Origin: Candidatus Woesearchaeota archaeon
GTDB taxonomy: Archaea; Nanobdellota; Nanobdellia; Woesearchaeales; SM23-78
DNA length: 64,000 nucleotides
Direction: 5' to 3'
Assembly: GCA_016933095.1 (NCBI GenBank)
Contig: JAFGBP010000042.1
Span: 19,691-83,690 of the forward strand
Positions within the stretch are counted from its first letter, which is position 1, and each line of letters begins with the position of its first letter. This document shows, one piece after another, positions 10,191 to 19,484 of this stretch. Position numbers and translations under genes: made by a program. Under the pieces are notes generated by a model. That model was not told the origin of the DNA. It saw nothing but the letters and a program-made list of their open reading frames with translations, and did no database searches.

Positions 10191-10200
10191 GCTATAAAAG
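10191..10200 (-). promoter_or_regulatory. TATA-box-like element (cttttatag on coding strand) ~25 nt upstream of mre11-like start, implying leaderless transcript
   Basis: read directly; no SD-like motif between it and ATG. Confidence 0.4.
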
Positions 10201-10268
10201 ATAATGTGACCACCACGAAGTAGTAAATAAAACGAAAGGTTTATAAATAAGAGAATAATCCAAAAAAA

Positions 10269-10796
10269 ATGAGAAACATAGCAGAACTCATCATCACCAA
10301 TTCGCAGCCCACACCAAAAGCCCTGCACAAACTGCAAGCTCTTAATGACGACGCCCAAATCTACTTCTCACAAGCACAAAACATAGCAATGCACTACATC
10401 GAACAAAGCACCACAATAGCTTTATTCGTACGCAGAAGAGAAAAAGATATCACTAAAACCCAAGAATTGGCGGAAACATCCGAAGGAAAGAAGAAGGAGA
10501 AAGCATACAATACTCAAAAAGAGCTTGAGAAAAGAATAGCAGAAAGAATTAAGACAAGCTTCCAGAATGGAATGGCTATTATCAAGGACTTCCACGAAGC
10601 CAATCGAGATTATCTAGTAGAATTCCTAAAAATACAAGGCATCATGGTATGTTCAGAAGAAGAAGGAGAAGTCAAATACTTCCAATTGACAACAAACCAG
10701 CCCGACCAAAAACCCACCATCCATAATCTAAGGAACAACGCAAAAAATAAAATAAGAGAAGTGGAACTCCTCGTCTCCGCATACCAAAAACCATAA
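10269..10796 (+). CDS. hypothetical protein
   Basis: 175-aa ORF, lysine/glutamate rich; no domain recognised. Confidence 0.4.
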   Translation: MRNIAELIITNSQPTPKALHKLQALNDDAQIYFSQAQNIAMHYIEQSTTIALFVRRREKDITKTQELAETSEGKKKEKAYNTQKELEKRIAERIKTSFQNGMAIIKDFHEANRDYLVEFLKIQGIMVCSEEEGEVKYFQLTTNQPDQKPTIHNLRNNAKNKIREVELLVSAYQKP

Positions 10797-10810
10797 GATT
10801 CTAATAAGGA

Positions 10811-11098
10811 TCAAAGACGCAAAGTGGCCTCTAGGAAACGAAGCTTTTCTTCCGCCTCAATAAATCGAAAAGTTCCAATAAGAGAATTAAGCTTGTCAAA
10901 ATGAGCCTTGAAACTCTCCTTGATAATCTTTTCTCCCTCTTTCTCACCATAACGCTGGAGAATCTTCTCCTCGAATTGCTCGAGTTCTCTCATCAAGACC
11001 TTGGCTTCTGCCTCTTGTTTAGCCAAAGCCTTATCCTGATCCCTAAGCCTCTTCTCCAACACATTCATAGAATATATGTGCCTTTTGAACAATCCCAT
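10811..11098 (-). CDS. small coiled-coil protein
   Basis: 95-aa ORF, heptad-like charged pattern. Confidence 0.35.
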   Translation of the reverse strand: MGLFKRHIYSMNVLEKRLRDQDKALAKQEAEAKVLMRELEQFEEKILQRYGEKEGEKIIKESFKAHFDKLNSLIGTFRFIEAEEKLRFLEATLRL

Positions 11099-11202
11099 TT
11101 TTTCACCTCACAGCATTCACAAAATCGAAAGTGTTAAAATCAAGTCTAATCATAAAGATATAAGTTTATAAACTTTGCCTTATAGGATTAGGTCTAAGGC
11201 TT

Positions 11203-12099
11203 TTGTTTTTTAAAAAGAGGTGCAGCTTGGCAGAAAAGGGCAATCGCGAAAGCATTATCAAACTTTACCGCAAGGCTTGGCTCGGCGGCTACGCCATCGG
11301 GGCTTTCAACTTCTCGACTATGGACCTAGTGCATGGCATACACGAGACTGCCATCGCCATGAAGGCGCCTGTGATCATCGCCACGAGCCAGGGCGAGAGG
11401 AACTTCTTCGGCTGCGAGGAGAGCGTGGCAGTCTACAACGTCCTTAAGGCAAGGCACCCACCTACGATACTGCACGCAGACCACACCAAGACGCTTGAAG
11501 AGCTGAAGAAAGTTGTAGACGCGGGCTACCCTAGCGTCCACTTCGACGGCTCAGGACTCGACTACCTGACTAACTTAGAGCAGACCAGGAAGGCGGTCGA
11601 GTACGCGCACGCCCACGACGTCTTCATCGAGGGAGAGCTCGGAGGAATCCCCGGCGGCTCGAGCCTTCACAAGGAGAGCATCAAGTCCGTCGCAAAGGAG
11701 GAGTACCTGACGCATCCTGAGCAGGCAAAGGACTTCGTCAACAGGACAGGCGTCGACTCGCTCGCCGTGAACGTGGGGAACGCCCACGGCATCTGGAAGG
11801 ATGCGCCGAAGCTCGACTTCAAGAGGATCCAGAAGATAAAGGAGCTTACAGGCAAGTTCTTAGTCCTACATGGAGGTTCGGGAATAAGGCCTATCGATTT
11901 CAGGCGCGCGATCGCCCATGGCATCACGAAGATAAACATCAACACAGAGATGAGGATCGCATTCGAGAAAGCCATAGAGCAGGGACTCGCAGAGCGGACT
12001 GATGACACCCCTTACAAGTACCTGGGACACGCCCACGAAGCCGTGGCAAAAGTAGTGCGTGACAAGATCGTGATATTCAAGTCAGAGAAGAAGGCCTAA
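11203..12099 (+). CDS. fba: class II fructose-bisphosphate aldolase family protein
   Basis: GYAIGAFNFSTMD, ILHADHTKT (zinc His ligands), LVLHGGSG motifs; ~298 aa. Confidence 0.75.
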   Translation: MFFKKRCSLAEKGNRESIIKLYRKAWLGGYAIGAFNFSTMDLVHGIHETAIAMKAPVIIATSQGERNFFGCEESVAVYNVLKARHPPTILHADHTKTLEELKKVVDAGYPSVHFDGSGLDYLTNLEQTRKAVEYAHAHDVFIEGELGGIPGGSSLHKESIKSVAKEEYLTHPEQAKDFVNRTGVDSLAVNVGNAHGIWKDAPKLDFKRIQKIKELTGKFLVLHGGSGIRPIDFRRAIAHGITKININTEMRIAFEKAIEQGLAERTDDTPYKYLGHAHEAVAKVVRDKIVIFKSEKKA

Positions 12100-12226
12100 A
12101 ATAACAAAAAAAAGAGCGCATCAATGGAATGCAATATCCGCATTGAAACGCTGTCAGGGACGCCTCACCCAACATCGTCATGAGCAGGAAAAAGTTTTTT
12201 AAACTGAGAGGTGTTACCTTTCTCGC

Positions 12227-12502
12227 ATGGCATATACTTGGGACCAGTATACGAAGGAAGAACAGGATGAATGGGAGGAGATGAACAGGAAAGCACTGGA
12301 ATCTTATCGCGGATATGAACCAAAAAGCGACAGTATAACTCCCACACACCATATTCATGAGGCAATCCGACCGACATCCTTCGATCCTGAACATCTCATG
12401 CGTTTTAATCTTCTCCATCCGGCCGATAAGAAAATCAAAGCACCAACATCCCTTCTTAAGAAAAGCCTGGATTATCTCGTGAACATTTACCGAAGGCTTT
12501 GA
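12227..12502 (+). CDS. small acidic hypothetical protein
   Basis: tttttaaa TATA-like plus gagaggtg RBS-like motif upstream; preferred over antisense Cys/Arg-rich ORF 12077..12676. Confidence 0.4.
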   Translation: MAYTWDQYTKEEQDEWEEMNRKALESYRGYEPKSDSITPTHHIHEAIRPTSFDPEHLMRFNLLHPADKKIKAPTSLLKKSLDYLVNIYRRL

Positions 12503-12567
12503 ACTTGTCCTGAAAGGGAGCAGGCCATCTTCAGGCATCAAAAAATAAGGGTTATGAGAGAATCGCC

Positions 12568-13554
12568 TCAGTCGAATGGGAAGTAAGCAATCCTCACGGC
12601 GACGTACACGACGTACATCAGTATGAGCATGAACGCACCCCAGCGGTTGAGCTTCTTCTGGTGAGAGAGTATCCATACCAGCAGTATGACTGCCGAGATT
12701 GCCTTCATTGGCAGGTCCCAGAACAGGATTGGGTAAGGAACATAATAAGATGAGATTAGCCCGCCGAGGCCTATGCCGAACAGAGGATTCACGATGTTGC
12801 TCCCTATGAGGGTCCCTACGGCGAGCCCGGTCGCCTTCTTCCTCGCGCTTATGATGGCTGTGAAGAGCTCTGGAAGGGCAGAAGCGACTCCCAATGTCAA
12901 GACCCCGATCAGGCTTCCTCCTACGCCCGTCTTGAGGACGACGTATTCGGTCACGTCCAAGGTTATTATGCTACTGAAGAGAAGCACGAGAAGCCCGGCA
13001 CAGGTCAGCAGGATCTCCTTTATCACGTGGACCTTGCGCTCTTCCTCTGATATCTCCTCTTTCGGCTCTGAGATGTACAGGTAGAACAGGTACACTCCAA
13101 ACAATCCCAGGAGGATGGCTCCATCTATCCTGGATATCTGGCCATCCCATCCGAGCCCCAAGACAAGCAAGGTCGTCACGATGAGCAAGGAATAGCTTGT
13201 CTGCAGGAAGCTCTTCGGGAAATGGACCGTCCCTATTATCAGGATGGCAACCCCAAGGATAAGAGTCTGCTGGACGACGTCCGATCCGATATTCGCCCCG
13301 ACGACAGTCGCAGAAGCGATCCTGTAATCCATATGGCCCGCTAGGATGCCGAAAGACGCGACCAGGTGAGAGCCGATCTCCGGAAGGCTCGTCCCGATGG
13401 AGAGGACCGTAAGGCCGATAAACGTGTTCGAGACCCCGAAGTGATGGGCGATCCTTATCAGCTTGTCGACGACGTAGTTGGCGCTCAATACAAGCACGAC
13501 TATCGCGAGGAAGCCGAAGGCCACGTTGTTCCAGAAAGAATCGAACAGTATCAT
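12568..13554 (-). CDS. Ca2+/cation antiporter (CaCA family, sodium/calcium exchanger membrane region)
   Basis: two alpha-repeat GTSLPE/ALPE motifs (LSIGTSLPEIGSHL; GVASALPELF), ~10 TM helices. Confidence 0.8.
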   Translation of the reverse strand: MILFDSFWNNVAFGFLAIVVLVLSANYVVDKLIRIAHHFGVSNTFIGLTVLSIGTSLPEIGSHLVASFGILAGHMDYRIASATVVGANIGSDVVQQTLILGVAILIIGTVHFPKSFLQTSYSLLIVTTLLVLGLGWDGQISRIDGAILLGLFGVYLFYLYISEPKEEISEEERKVHVIKEILLTCAGLLVLLFSSIITLDVTEYVVLKTGVGGSLIGVLTLGVASALPELFTAIISARKKATGLAVGTLIGSNIVNPLFGIGLGGLISSYYVPYPILFWDLPMKAISAVILLVWILSHQKKLNRWGAFMLILMYVVYVAVRIAYFPFD

Positions 13555-13615
13555 GGGATAAACTGAGAAATGATTATTTAAAAAGTTTATCTTGAAAGAG
13601 AAAATCCTGAAAAGA

Positions 13616-14224
13616 TTACTCTACAGGGATCATCTCGCCGCCGGTGCTCTGGGCAATCCTCTCAAGATCCAGTTGGGTTGACGTTGATACGCCAACCGGC
13701 ACAAAGGAAAGCTTCACGCCGTTCTGCTTTGCATAATCCAGAACCGTCCTGGTAGAGACAAGTTCTTCGTTATTCGCACCATCCGTCAAGGTTATGACCT
13801 TCTCATAAGGCTTCTTCCCCATCACATAATTGATGGAAGTGAGCATGGGCGTGCCGCAATCAGCTTTCACATCCTCAATGAACATGCCATCCTTGCCTCC
13901 GGCACAACCGCTGAAAACATAGACATCAGCCCCGACCGGAAATGGAAACTTCTTCAGGACGTCGATCTTTCTCACGTCCTCTCCTTTATTGTCCTTGATA
14001 ACGTCGCTCATGGAGCCTGATATGTCAAGAAGATAAGCGACTCCGGCCTTCTTATCAGGGTTCGCCTTGTGAAGGGCCTCTGCCACGGGATTATCATAAG
14101 CCTCCATAAGCCCAGGAACAGGCACGACAACCTTAGAAACATAATCCTCTGCCCTGCAAGACATGCATAACCCGGCCGCCAGCAACGACGCCGGAACCAT
14201 CAACTTCGCAACCAAACTCTTCAT
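13616..14224 (-). CDS. secreted von Willebrand factor A domain protein
   Basis: MIDAS DISGSM motif, signal peptide MKSLVAKLMVPASLLAAGLCMSC; start moved to this Met. Confidence 0.6.
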   Translation of the reverse strand: MKSLVAKLMVPASLLAAGLCMSCRAEDYVSKVVVPVPGLMEAYDNPVAEALHKANPDKKAGVAYLLDISGSMSDVIKDNKGEDVRKIDVLKKFPFPVGADVYVFSGCAGGKDGMFIEDVKADCGTPMLTSINYVMGKKPYEKVITLTDGANNEELVSTRTVLDYAKQNGVKLSFVPVGVSTSTQLDLERIAQSTGGEMIPVE

Positions 14225-14443
14225 AACAGCATCACCGAAGCAAAGGAAAGATATGCAGTTTATAAAATAAGCGGAAAACAAGAGAAAAGGTCCGGGAATC
14301 CGATAAACCGAAAGAAATCACAGGACAACAGAAATGCTTACATTTCTGAGTCTACTGACTTCATCACTAGACACACTGGACAATCCCGCGCAACCCTTAA
14401 AAACTCTTCTCCTTCGCCAATCCTGTTTCATCAGGAGGACAAG

Positions 14444-15091
14444 ATGAAAACAGAATTGAGTCCAGAACTGGCAGAGTTTGTAGGCATTGTCATGGGAGAT
14501 GGATATATCTATTTGAATAAAGGCAAGTATCTTCTAGGCATTGTGGGGCATCCAAAAAAAGACAGAGCGCATTTCAAGCACATTAATGATCTTATCATGT
14601 CCCTTTTCCAGCATAAACCTACGATTGTCACAAGAGCCAGAGGATTAAGACTTACTCTTTACTCAAAGCAAGCATGCACTCTCTTAACAAAAGAAATCGG
14701 TCTTGTTCACGGCAAAGGTAAGGGAGAAAACGTGACAATTCCACAAGTATTCCTGAAGGACGATTCTCTTCTTAATAGTTTAATTAGAGGCTTATTCGAT
14801 ACGGATGGTAGCATCTTCACGTCCAACAAGAAAGGAGCACCCGATTATCCCACAATAGAATTGACAACCACAAGCATCCGCTTAGCAGAACAAGTCAGAG
14901 ACATTCTCATAAAAAAAGGCTTCAGGGTGGCTAATGTCCGGAGGTACAAATCAAAAAGAAGCGTTCTGGATACACACAAAGTCTCGTTGTACGGACATAA
15001 GAACATGATGTTATGGAGAGAAATAATCGGATTCTCCAACTCTTACAAGCAAGAGAGATTAAGAAGAATAAGTGGGTCGGGCGTGATTTGA
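14444..15091 (+). CDS. free-standing LAGLIDADG homing endonuclease (two LAGLIDADG motifs)
   Basis: LAEFVGIVMGDGYIY and LIRGLFDTDGSIF motifs; AGGAGGA RBS; ORF visibly AT-richer than neighbours. Confidence 0.8.
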   Translation: MKTELSPELAEFVGIVMGDGYIYLNKGKYLLGIVGHPKKDRAHFKHINDLIMSLFQHKPTIVTRARGLRLTLYSKQACTLLTKEIGLVHGKGKGENVTIPQVFLKDDSLLNSLIRGLFDTDGSIFTSNKKGAPDYPTIELTTTSIRLAEQVRDILIKKGFRVANVRRYKSKRSVLDTHKVSLYGHKNMMLWREIIGFSNSYKQERLRRISGSGVI

Positions 15092-15236
15092 ACACGCGAC
15101 ATTCCGTGCCAGACACCATTCCTGTTATCTGACTCCACGGTCTTCAGCCGTCTAAGCTGCAAATCCGGTTTCCCTGAAATGCATGTGCTCTCCTTAGACG
15201 AGTGATGATCCAGCTCTCAGTCTGAGCTACCGACCC
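15073..15236 (-). tRNA. tRNA-like gene with ~90 nt of insertion(s) (putative intron-containing tRNA; isotype unresolved)
   Basis: 5' GGGTCGG-TA-GCTC..GAGC (acceptor + D arm) and 3' GCGTG-TTCAAAT-CACGC-CCGACCC-A (T arm + acceptor) pair perfectly; the interior does not fold into a single canonical anticodon arm; 3' end overlaps the LAGLIDADG ORF stop by 19 nt. Confidence 0.45.
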
Positions 15237-15284
15237 GTTATGCTAAGTAAAAATAGTTTCTTTATAAAGCTTACTCAAAAAATA

Positions 15285-15674
15285 TTATCGGGCGTTCATA
15301 TCCATATAAGCATATCCCTCGCAGCCATCGGGTTTCAGATGCGCGATGACATCATTTGTTGTGCTGTAACCTACGAAGGACTTTAATCGGTCGCGTAATG
15401 TTTGTCTGCGCGAGAATTCCAGTATGGTTCCATGAAGTATGTTTTTGTATTCTTCAGAAACGTCTTTCACTTGCCAACCCGCCCGCCGGTATCTTTCCAC
15501 AAAATAGCCGCTTAATACACTTCCAGGGATAAGCGTATGTTCTAATACAATGCGTACGGTCGTCTTATCGAGCGGTTTGCCGCTTAACTTTCGTATAAGC
15601 GCCGAATCGACTCTTTCCGTCAGCTCTTGCCATTGTTGTTCCCCGGCCAAAGCTTCTTCTGGTGTCACAACCAT
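15285..15674 (-). CDS. hypothetical protein with codon usage unlike neighbours
   Basis: 129-aa ORF; frequent CCG/GCG/CGC codons contrast with surrounding genes; no domain recognised. Confidence 0.45.
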   Translation of the reverse strand: MVVTPEEALAGEQQWQELTERVDSALIRKLSGKPLDKTTVRIVLEHTLIPGSVLSGYFVERYRRAGWQVKDVSEEYKNILHGTILEFSRRQTLRDRLKSFVGYSTTNDVIAHLKPDGCEGYAYMDMNAR

Positions 15675-15703
15675 TTTCGCATATCCCTCACCTCTTATGA
15701 CAA

Positions 15704-17332
15704 TTAAATGCCCTCGAACTTCTTCTCGCCTGCGAGGAGCTTCCTGATGACGTCCTTCAGCTCGGATGTCTTCACTCTCACCTGCTTCTCAGTGTCCCTG
15801 TCTCGAAGAGTGACTGTCTCTTCCCCTTCGAGCGTCTCGTAGTCGACTGTGATGCAGTAGGCAGTCCCTGCCTCTGCGGCGCGCAGGTATCTCCGTCCGA
15901 TGGCTCCGGTCTCGTCGTAAGAGCATACCATGTCTTTCCTTAAATCCTGGAATATCGCCATCGCGACCTTGACCAGCTCCGGCTTCTTCATCAATGGGAA
16001 GACCGATACTGGTATCGGACTCATCTGGTATGGTATCTTAAGCGTAGTCTTCCCTTCGTCGACCGCTTTCTGGTCGTAGAAGTTGTCCAGGATGGCGAAC
16101 GTCGGCCTGTCAGAGCCGAACGCTATCTCGAGCACGTGAGGGATGTACTTCTCTTTTGATTCCTCGTCGAATGACTTGAGCTCTGTGCCGCTGAACTTGG
16201 CGTGCTGGGTGAGGTCGTAGTCAGTCCTGTCGTGCACTCCGCACATCTCTACCCATCCGAAGCTCTTGGTCTTGACTTCCACGTCCCATGCGTCGTCGGC
16301 GTAGAACGCCTTCTCATCCGGGAAGTGTTGCCTCATCCTGATGTGGCTGTCTGGTATGCCAATGTTCTTGAAGAACTTGTAAGCGAGATTGATTGCCCAG
16401 GCGTATGCCTGGCTCTTGAAGTATTTCTTCTCAAGCGCGTGCTTGAGTGAGATCTTCTTGACTGCTTCTGCTTTCTCCTGGCTCTTGTAGTCCCAGAGCG
16501 GCAGCTCGTCATTTGCGACTGCCTTGAAGCGGTCGAAGTTGTTCTTGAGCTCTTTCTTTATGAAGAACTGCGCTTCTGCCTGCGTGAACTCGCGCCCCCG
16601 TACTACGTGCTGCCTCGGGCTGATCTCGTTCCTGAAGGCTTTTCCGATCTGGAAGACTCCGAAGGCCGGCTTCTTCCTGAAGTAGTCGACATACCTTAGG
16701 AAGGGCAGGTATGTGGTAGTCGCGGTCTCTGGCCGATTGTAGGCTTCTGTGTCGATGCCTATCGTGGTCCTCATCATGAGGTCGTGGTTCTTGATCTCTT
16801 CCTTGAGCGCTCCGCCGCACGACGGGCAGGCAATCTTGTGCTTCTTTATGAAATCCAGGAACTGCTTGTGCTCCTTGAAGTGCCTGGTCTCAGGGTTATC
16901 CCCCAACAGGTGGTCTAGCCTGTGGTTGGCGTTGCATTTTGAACAGGTGATGATTGCGTCTGAGAATCCTGCGAGGTGGCCTGATGCCTCCCATACTTTC
17001 CGCTCCATCACGATCGGGCACTCAACCTCTAAGAAGCTCTCTGATCCAAAGGTCTTCCTGATCATGTTCTCGACGTTGTTCTTGAGGAGCTTTCCTAAAG
17101 GCCCGTATGTGTAGAATCCTGCGACGCCGCCATATATCTCTGGCTCGGGCCCCCAGACAAATCCCTTCCTCTGCAGGAAGCTTACGAGTTCCTGGACAGG
17201 GTCGGCCTTGACAGGCTTAGCTGGCTTTGGAGCGTTCTCAGGCTTTGCCTTGTGCTCTGCCTCGTGTTCCTTGGCGTGCTCTTTGTGAGCCTCCTTGGCG
17301 TGGGGCTCATTCTTATCCGTCATAGAGGTCAA
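15704..17332 (-). CDS. glyS: glycyl-tRNA synthetase, archaeal/eukaryotic alpha2 type, with Lys/His-rich N-terminal extension
   Basis: IYGGVAGFYTYGPLGKLLKNNVENMIRKTF closely matches GlyRS signature; class II motifs; 542 aa. Confidence 0.85.
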   Translation of the reverse strand: MTSMTDKNEPHAKEAHKEHAKEHEAEHKAKPENAPKPAKPVKADPVQELVSFLQRKGFVWGPEPEIYGGVAGFYTYGPLGKLLKNNVENMIRKTFGSESFLEVECPIVMERKVWEASGHLAGFSDAIITCSKCNANHRLDHLLGDNPETRHFKEHKQFLDFIKKHKIACPSCGGALKEEIKNHDLMMRTTIGIDTEAYNRPETATTTYLPFLRYVDYFRKKPAFGVFQIGKAFRNEISPRQHVVRGREFTQAEAQFFIKKELKNNFDRFKAVANDELPLWDYKSQEKAEAVKKISLKHALEKKYFKSQAYAWAINLAYKFFKNIGIPDSHIRMRQHFPDEKAFYADDAWDVEVKTKSFGWVEMCGVHDRTDYDLTQHAKFSGTELKSFDEESKEKYIPHVLEIAFGSDRPTFAILDNFYDQKAVDEGKTTLKIPYQMSPIPVSVFPLMKKPELVKVAMAIFQDLRKDMVCSYDETGAIGRRYLRAAEAGTAYCITVDYETLEGEETVTLRDRDTEKQVRVKTSELKDVIRKLLAGEKKFEGI

Positions 17333-17403
17333 AGAGTCGGGAGGCTTTTATAAAACTTATCACTTTTGGCAATAAGAATGTGAAACGCGCTGGGTTTTAT
17401 CCC

Positions 17404-18093
17404 TTATAAGTCTGGCAGGTAATATCTTCTTATGGCCTGGTAGACGTCTCTTATGAAATTGTTGTATAAGCTCAGATTGGCTTGTCTTATACCCTCCTCT
17501 TCCTCACGGGTTAGTGGGCGGCGGCCTGGTTTTTGTTCAGGAGGCTTTCCGTTCCAGCGAGAAGCTTTCCCAATCTCATGGATCGTCAGCTGGAGATAAT
17601 CATCCTTCTCAGGATTGATCACGCCAAAGGGTGGATTGTCGTTTATGATAAGGTTAATCTTGTCAGAGTTATACTCGATCGTGAGGCCTCCTTCTTGCTC
17701 AGGAGGATGAATGATGGCCACCTGGAGGAGTCTATCTTTCAGCATGGAGGTAACGTCTTTCTTCCCATAGTAATAGTTGTTGAATCCGCTTGCCTTCAGC
17801 GCGTTGTAGTCTTTCCGGTTCAATACGACTAGTGCATCTGTCAGATCACACCCACACCCATGCCTCTGGTGGAAGGCCTCGTAGAATATCTTGATGTAGC
17901 CTATCTTCTCCCCAATGGACATGAAGTCAGAATCCGGGCGGAAGAGCTTTATGTGGGGCGACTGCTTGGCTTCCTCCATAGAGTGCTGGGGCGGCATTCC
18001 TGCATGAAGATTGTTCGTCTTGCTCGCAGAAGCGTTTCCTCCCAGAGAGATCGATCCGATGGCAAGAGCTGCTGATACCAAGTATCTGTTCAT
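17404..18093 (-). CDS. secreted hypothetical protein
   Basis: signal peptide MNRYLVSAALAIGSISLGGNASA; no domain recognised. Confidence 0.45.
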   Translation of the reverse strand: MNRYLVSAALAIGSISLGGNASASKTNNLHAGMPPQHSMEEAKQSPHIKLFRPDSDFMSIGEKIGYIKIFYEAFHQRHGCGCDLTDALVVLNRKDYNALKASGFNNYYYGKKDVTSMLKDRLLQVAIIHPPEQEGGLTIEYNSDKINLIINDNPPFGVINPEKDDYLQLTIHEIGKASRWNGKPPEQKPGRRPLTREEEEGIRQANLSLYNNFIRDVYQAIRRYYLPDL

Positions 18094-18158
18094 ATACGCT
18101 GCTCCCTCACCTCTTGTGATAAATGGAAAATAAGATTAAAATATTTTATGATTCGGGA

Positions 18159-18704
18159 TCACTTCAGCTCTGGCTGGGTGACTTCCCAGTCTACGAACCT
18201 GAAGAGCGGCGCCCTGTTCTTGTTGAGCACTGTTATGGTCAGCTCTCCGGAGTCTGTCTCTCCGAAGCTGTCGGTGCAGACGATGTGGACCTTGTAGGTG
18301 CCTGCATCATCATAGGTCGTCACTGTGACTTTCTTGTCTGTCCATCCGCTGTAGGTGTAGTTCACCGGGTCTTCGTCCACGCAAGTGTCTGGTATGATTA
18401 CCTTCTCTGTCTCGTAGACTGTGATGGTTCCTGGGTTGTTGGTCATCTGGGGTGGCTCGTTTCTCAGGCATGCATCTCCGAGGTCTACCCACCTGTTGAC
18501 TCCGACTCGGACTCCGTCGCACTCTGTCTTTGTGACGTTGCAGCTTCCGTAGCCGTAGTAATAATAGCAGTCTTCCCTTAATGGGTTGTATCTTGTGTGT
18601 GGCACGACGCCCGGAGTGTATTCGTAGCCTTTAGCTGCCCATACTGCGCTTGCCAGTGCCATTACAAGTAGAATGATTGTGATCGTTTTTGTTATGCCGC
18701 TCAT
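18159..18704 (-). CDS. secreted cysteine-rich protein with C-terminal Ig-like/beta-sandwich-like segment
   Basis: signal peptide; CYYYYGYGSCNVTKTEC; YDDAGTYKVHIVCTDSFGETDSGELTITVL. Confidence 0.5.
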   Translation of the reverse strand: MSGITKTITIILLVMALASAVWAAKGYEYTPGVVPHTRYNPLREDCYYYYGYGSCNVTKTECDGVRVGVNRWVDLGDACLRNEPPQMTNNPGTITVYETEKVIIPDTCVDEDPVNYTYSGWTDKKVTVTTYDDAGTYKVHIVCTDSFGETDSGELTITVLNKNRAPLFRFVDWEVTQPELK

Positions 18705-18815
18705 GTTATAACCCCATAAATTATTTACTCAATAGTGGTGTTTTTAATCCTGGAACGAATCCGGTCTTTATAAAGGTTATTGTTTCAGAAGGAAATCTCC
18801 GACATCCTCAAGTCG

Positions 18816-18846
18816 CCCAGGGTCGAACTAAAAGAACTCCGCCAGG
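18816..18846. repeat. degenerate 31-bp copy (26/31) of the 3' end of rfcL (19509-19539)
   Basis: cccagggtcgaactaaaagaactccgccagg vs ctcaggatcgaactcaaagaactccgacagg; the copy carries an in-frame stop; together they bracket the toxin-antitoxin cassette. Confidence 0.55.
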
Positions 18847-18858
18847 TTGAAAGAAATT

Positions 18859-19197
18859 CTAGAAACCCCCCTCCCCAACCGCCTTAAGTATCGCTTTTAT
18901 CTCGTCAATGGTCTTCTGCTGGTGGTTCTTCTTTGACATCTTGACGAACCTTATCAAAAGCTCTTCTATCTTCCCTTTGGAGAAGAGGATCAGCCTGTGG
19001 CCGTCCAGAATAAAATAGAACCTGAAGCTCTCATATTTAAGCTCCCTTATACTCACGCTCCCGACGTGGCCCAGGACCTTTCCTTTTGAAGGGTTTGCCT
19101 TGAGCGCCTCCATGAGAGAATACACCTTCAAGGATTCCTTCTTGAAAGTCTTGTATATCTCATCCCTCAGAGAGTGAAGGACAATGATCTTTATCAT
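18859..19197 (-). CDS. RelE/ParE-family toxin
   Basis: GKVLGHVGSVSIRELKYESFRFYFILDGHRLILFSKG resembles RelE core; ATGA start/stop overlap with upstream antitoxin ORF. Confidence 0.5.
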   Translation of the reverse strand: MIKIIVLHSLRDEIYKTFKKESLKVYSLMEALKANPSKGKVLGHVGSVSIRELKYESFRFYFILDGHRLILFSKGKIEELLIRFVKMSKKNHQQKTIDEIKAILKAVGEGGF

Positions 19198-19400
19198 CGG
19201 CCCTTGAGCTTCAGCCTTGTCCATTCTTTGGCCTCTTCAAGAGAGGAGAACTCGTTCTCGTCGACAAACCGCCTTAGCTCTTCCTGAAGCATTATCGTGT
19301 TGTGCATCCTTCTTATGACGTCATCGTAGTTCTCTGATTTCTTGCCAAAATCAAGCAGCACGTCCCTTGTCTCTCTTGAAATCGATATCGTAGTATTCAT
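19194..19400 (-). CDS. putative antitoxin (small acidic protein)
   Basis: 68-aa ORF directly upstream of and overlapping RelE-like gene; AT-rich promoter-like stretch upstream; start set to first ATG. Confidence 0.45.
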   Translation of the reverse strand: MNTTISISRETRDVLLDFGKKSENYDDVIRRMHNTIMLQEELRRFVDENEFSSLEEAKEWTRLKLKGR

Positions 19401-19484
19401 AATGAGATATAACAATTATATTTATTTATATTTTTCGGTTTCCGCATGAAACCGAACAAGAACCACAATTCTACTTTCGGTGCA

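Noticed and set aside
12077-12676. 199-aa minus-strand ORF
   Set aside because: It is Cys/Arg/Phe-rich and low-complexity, overlaps the 3' end of the CaCA antiporter gene in another frame, and is antisense to a better-supported small ORF (12227..12502) that has a TATA-like box and RBS-like motif upstream.
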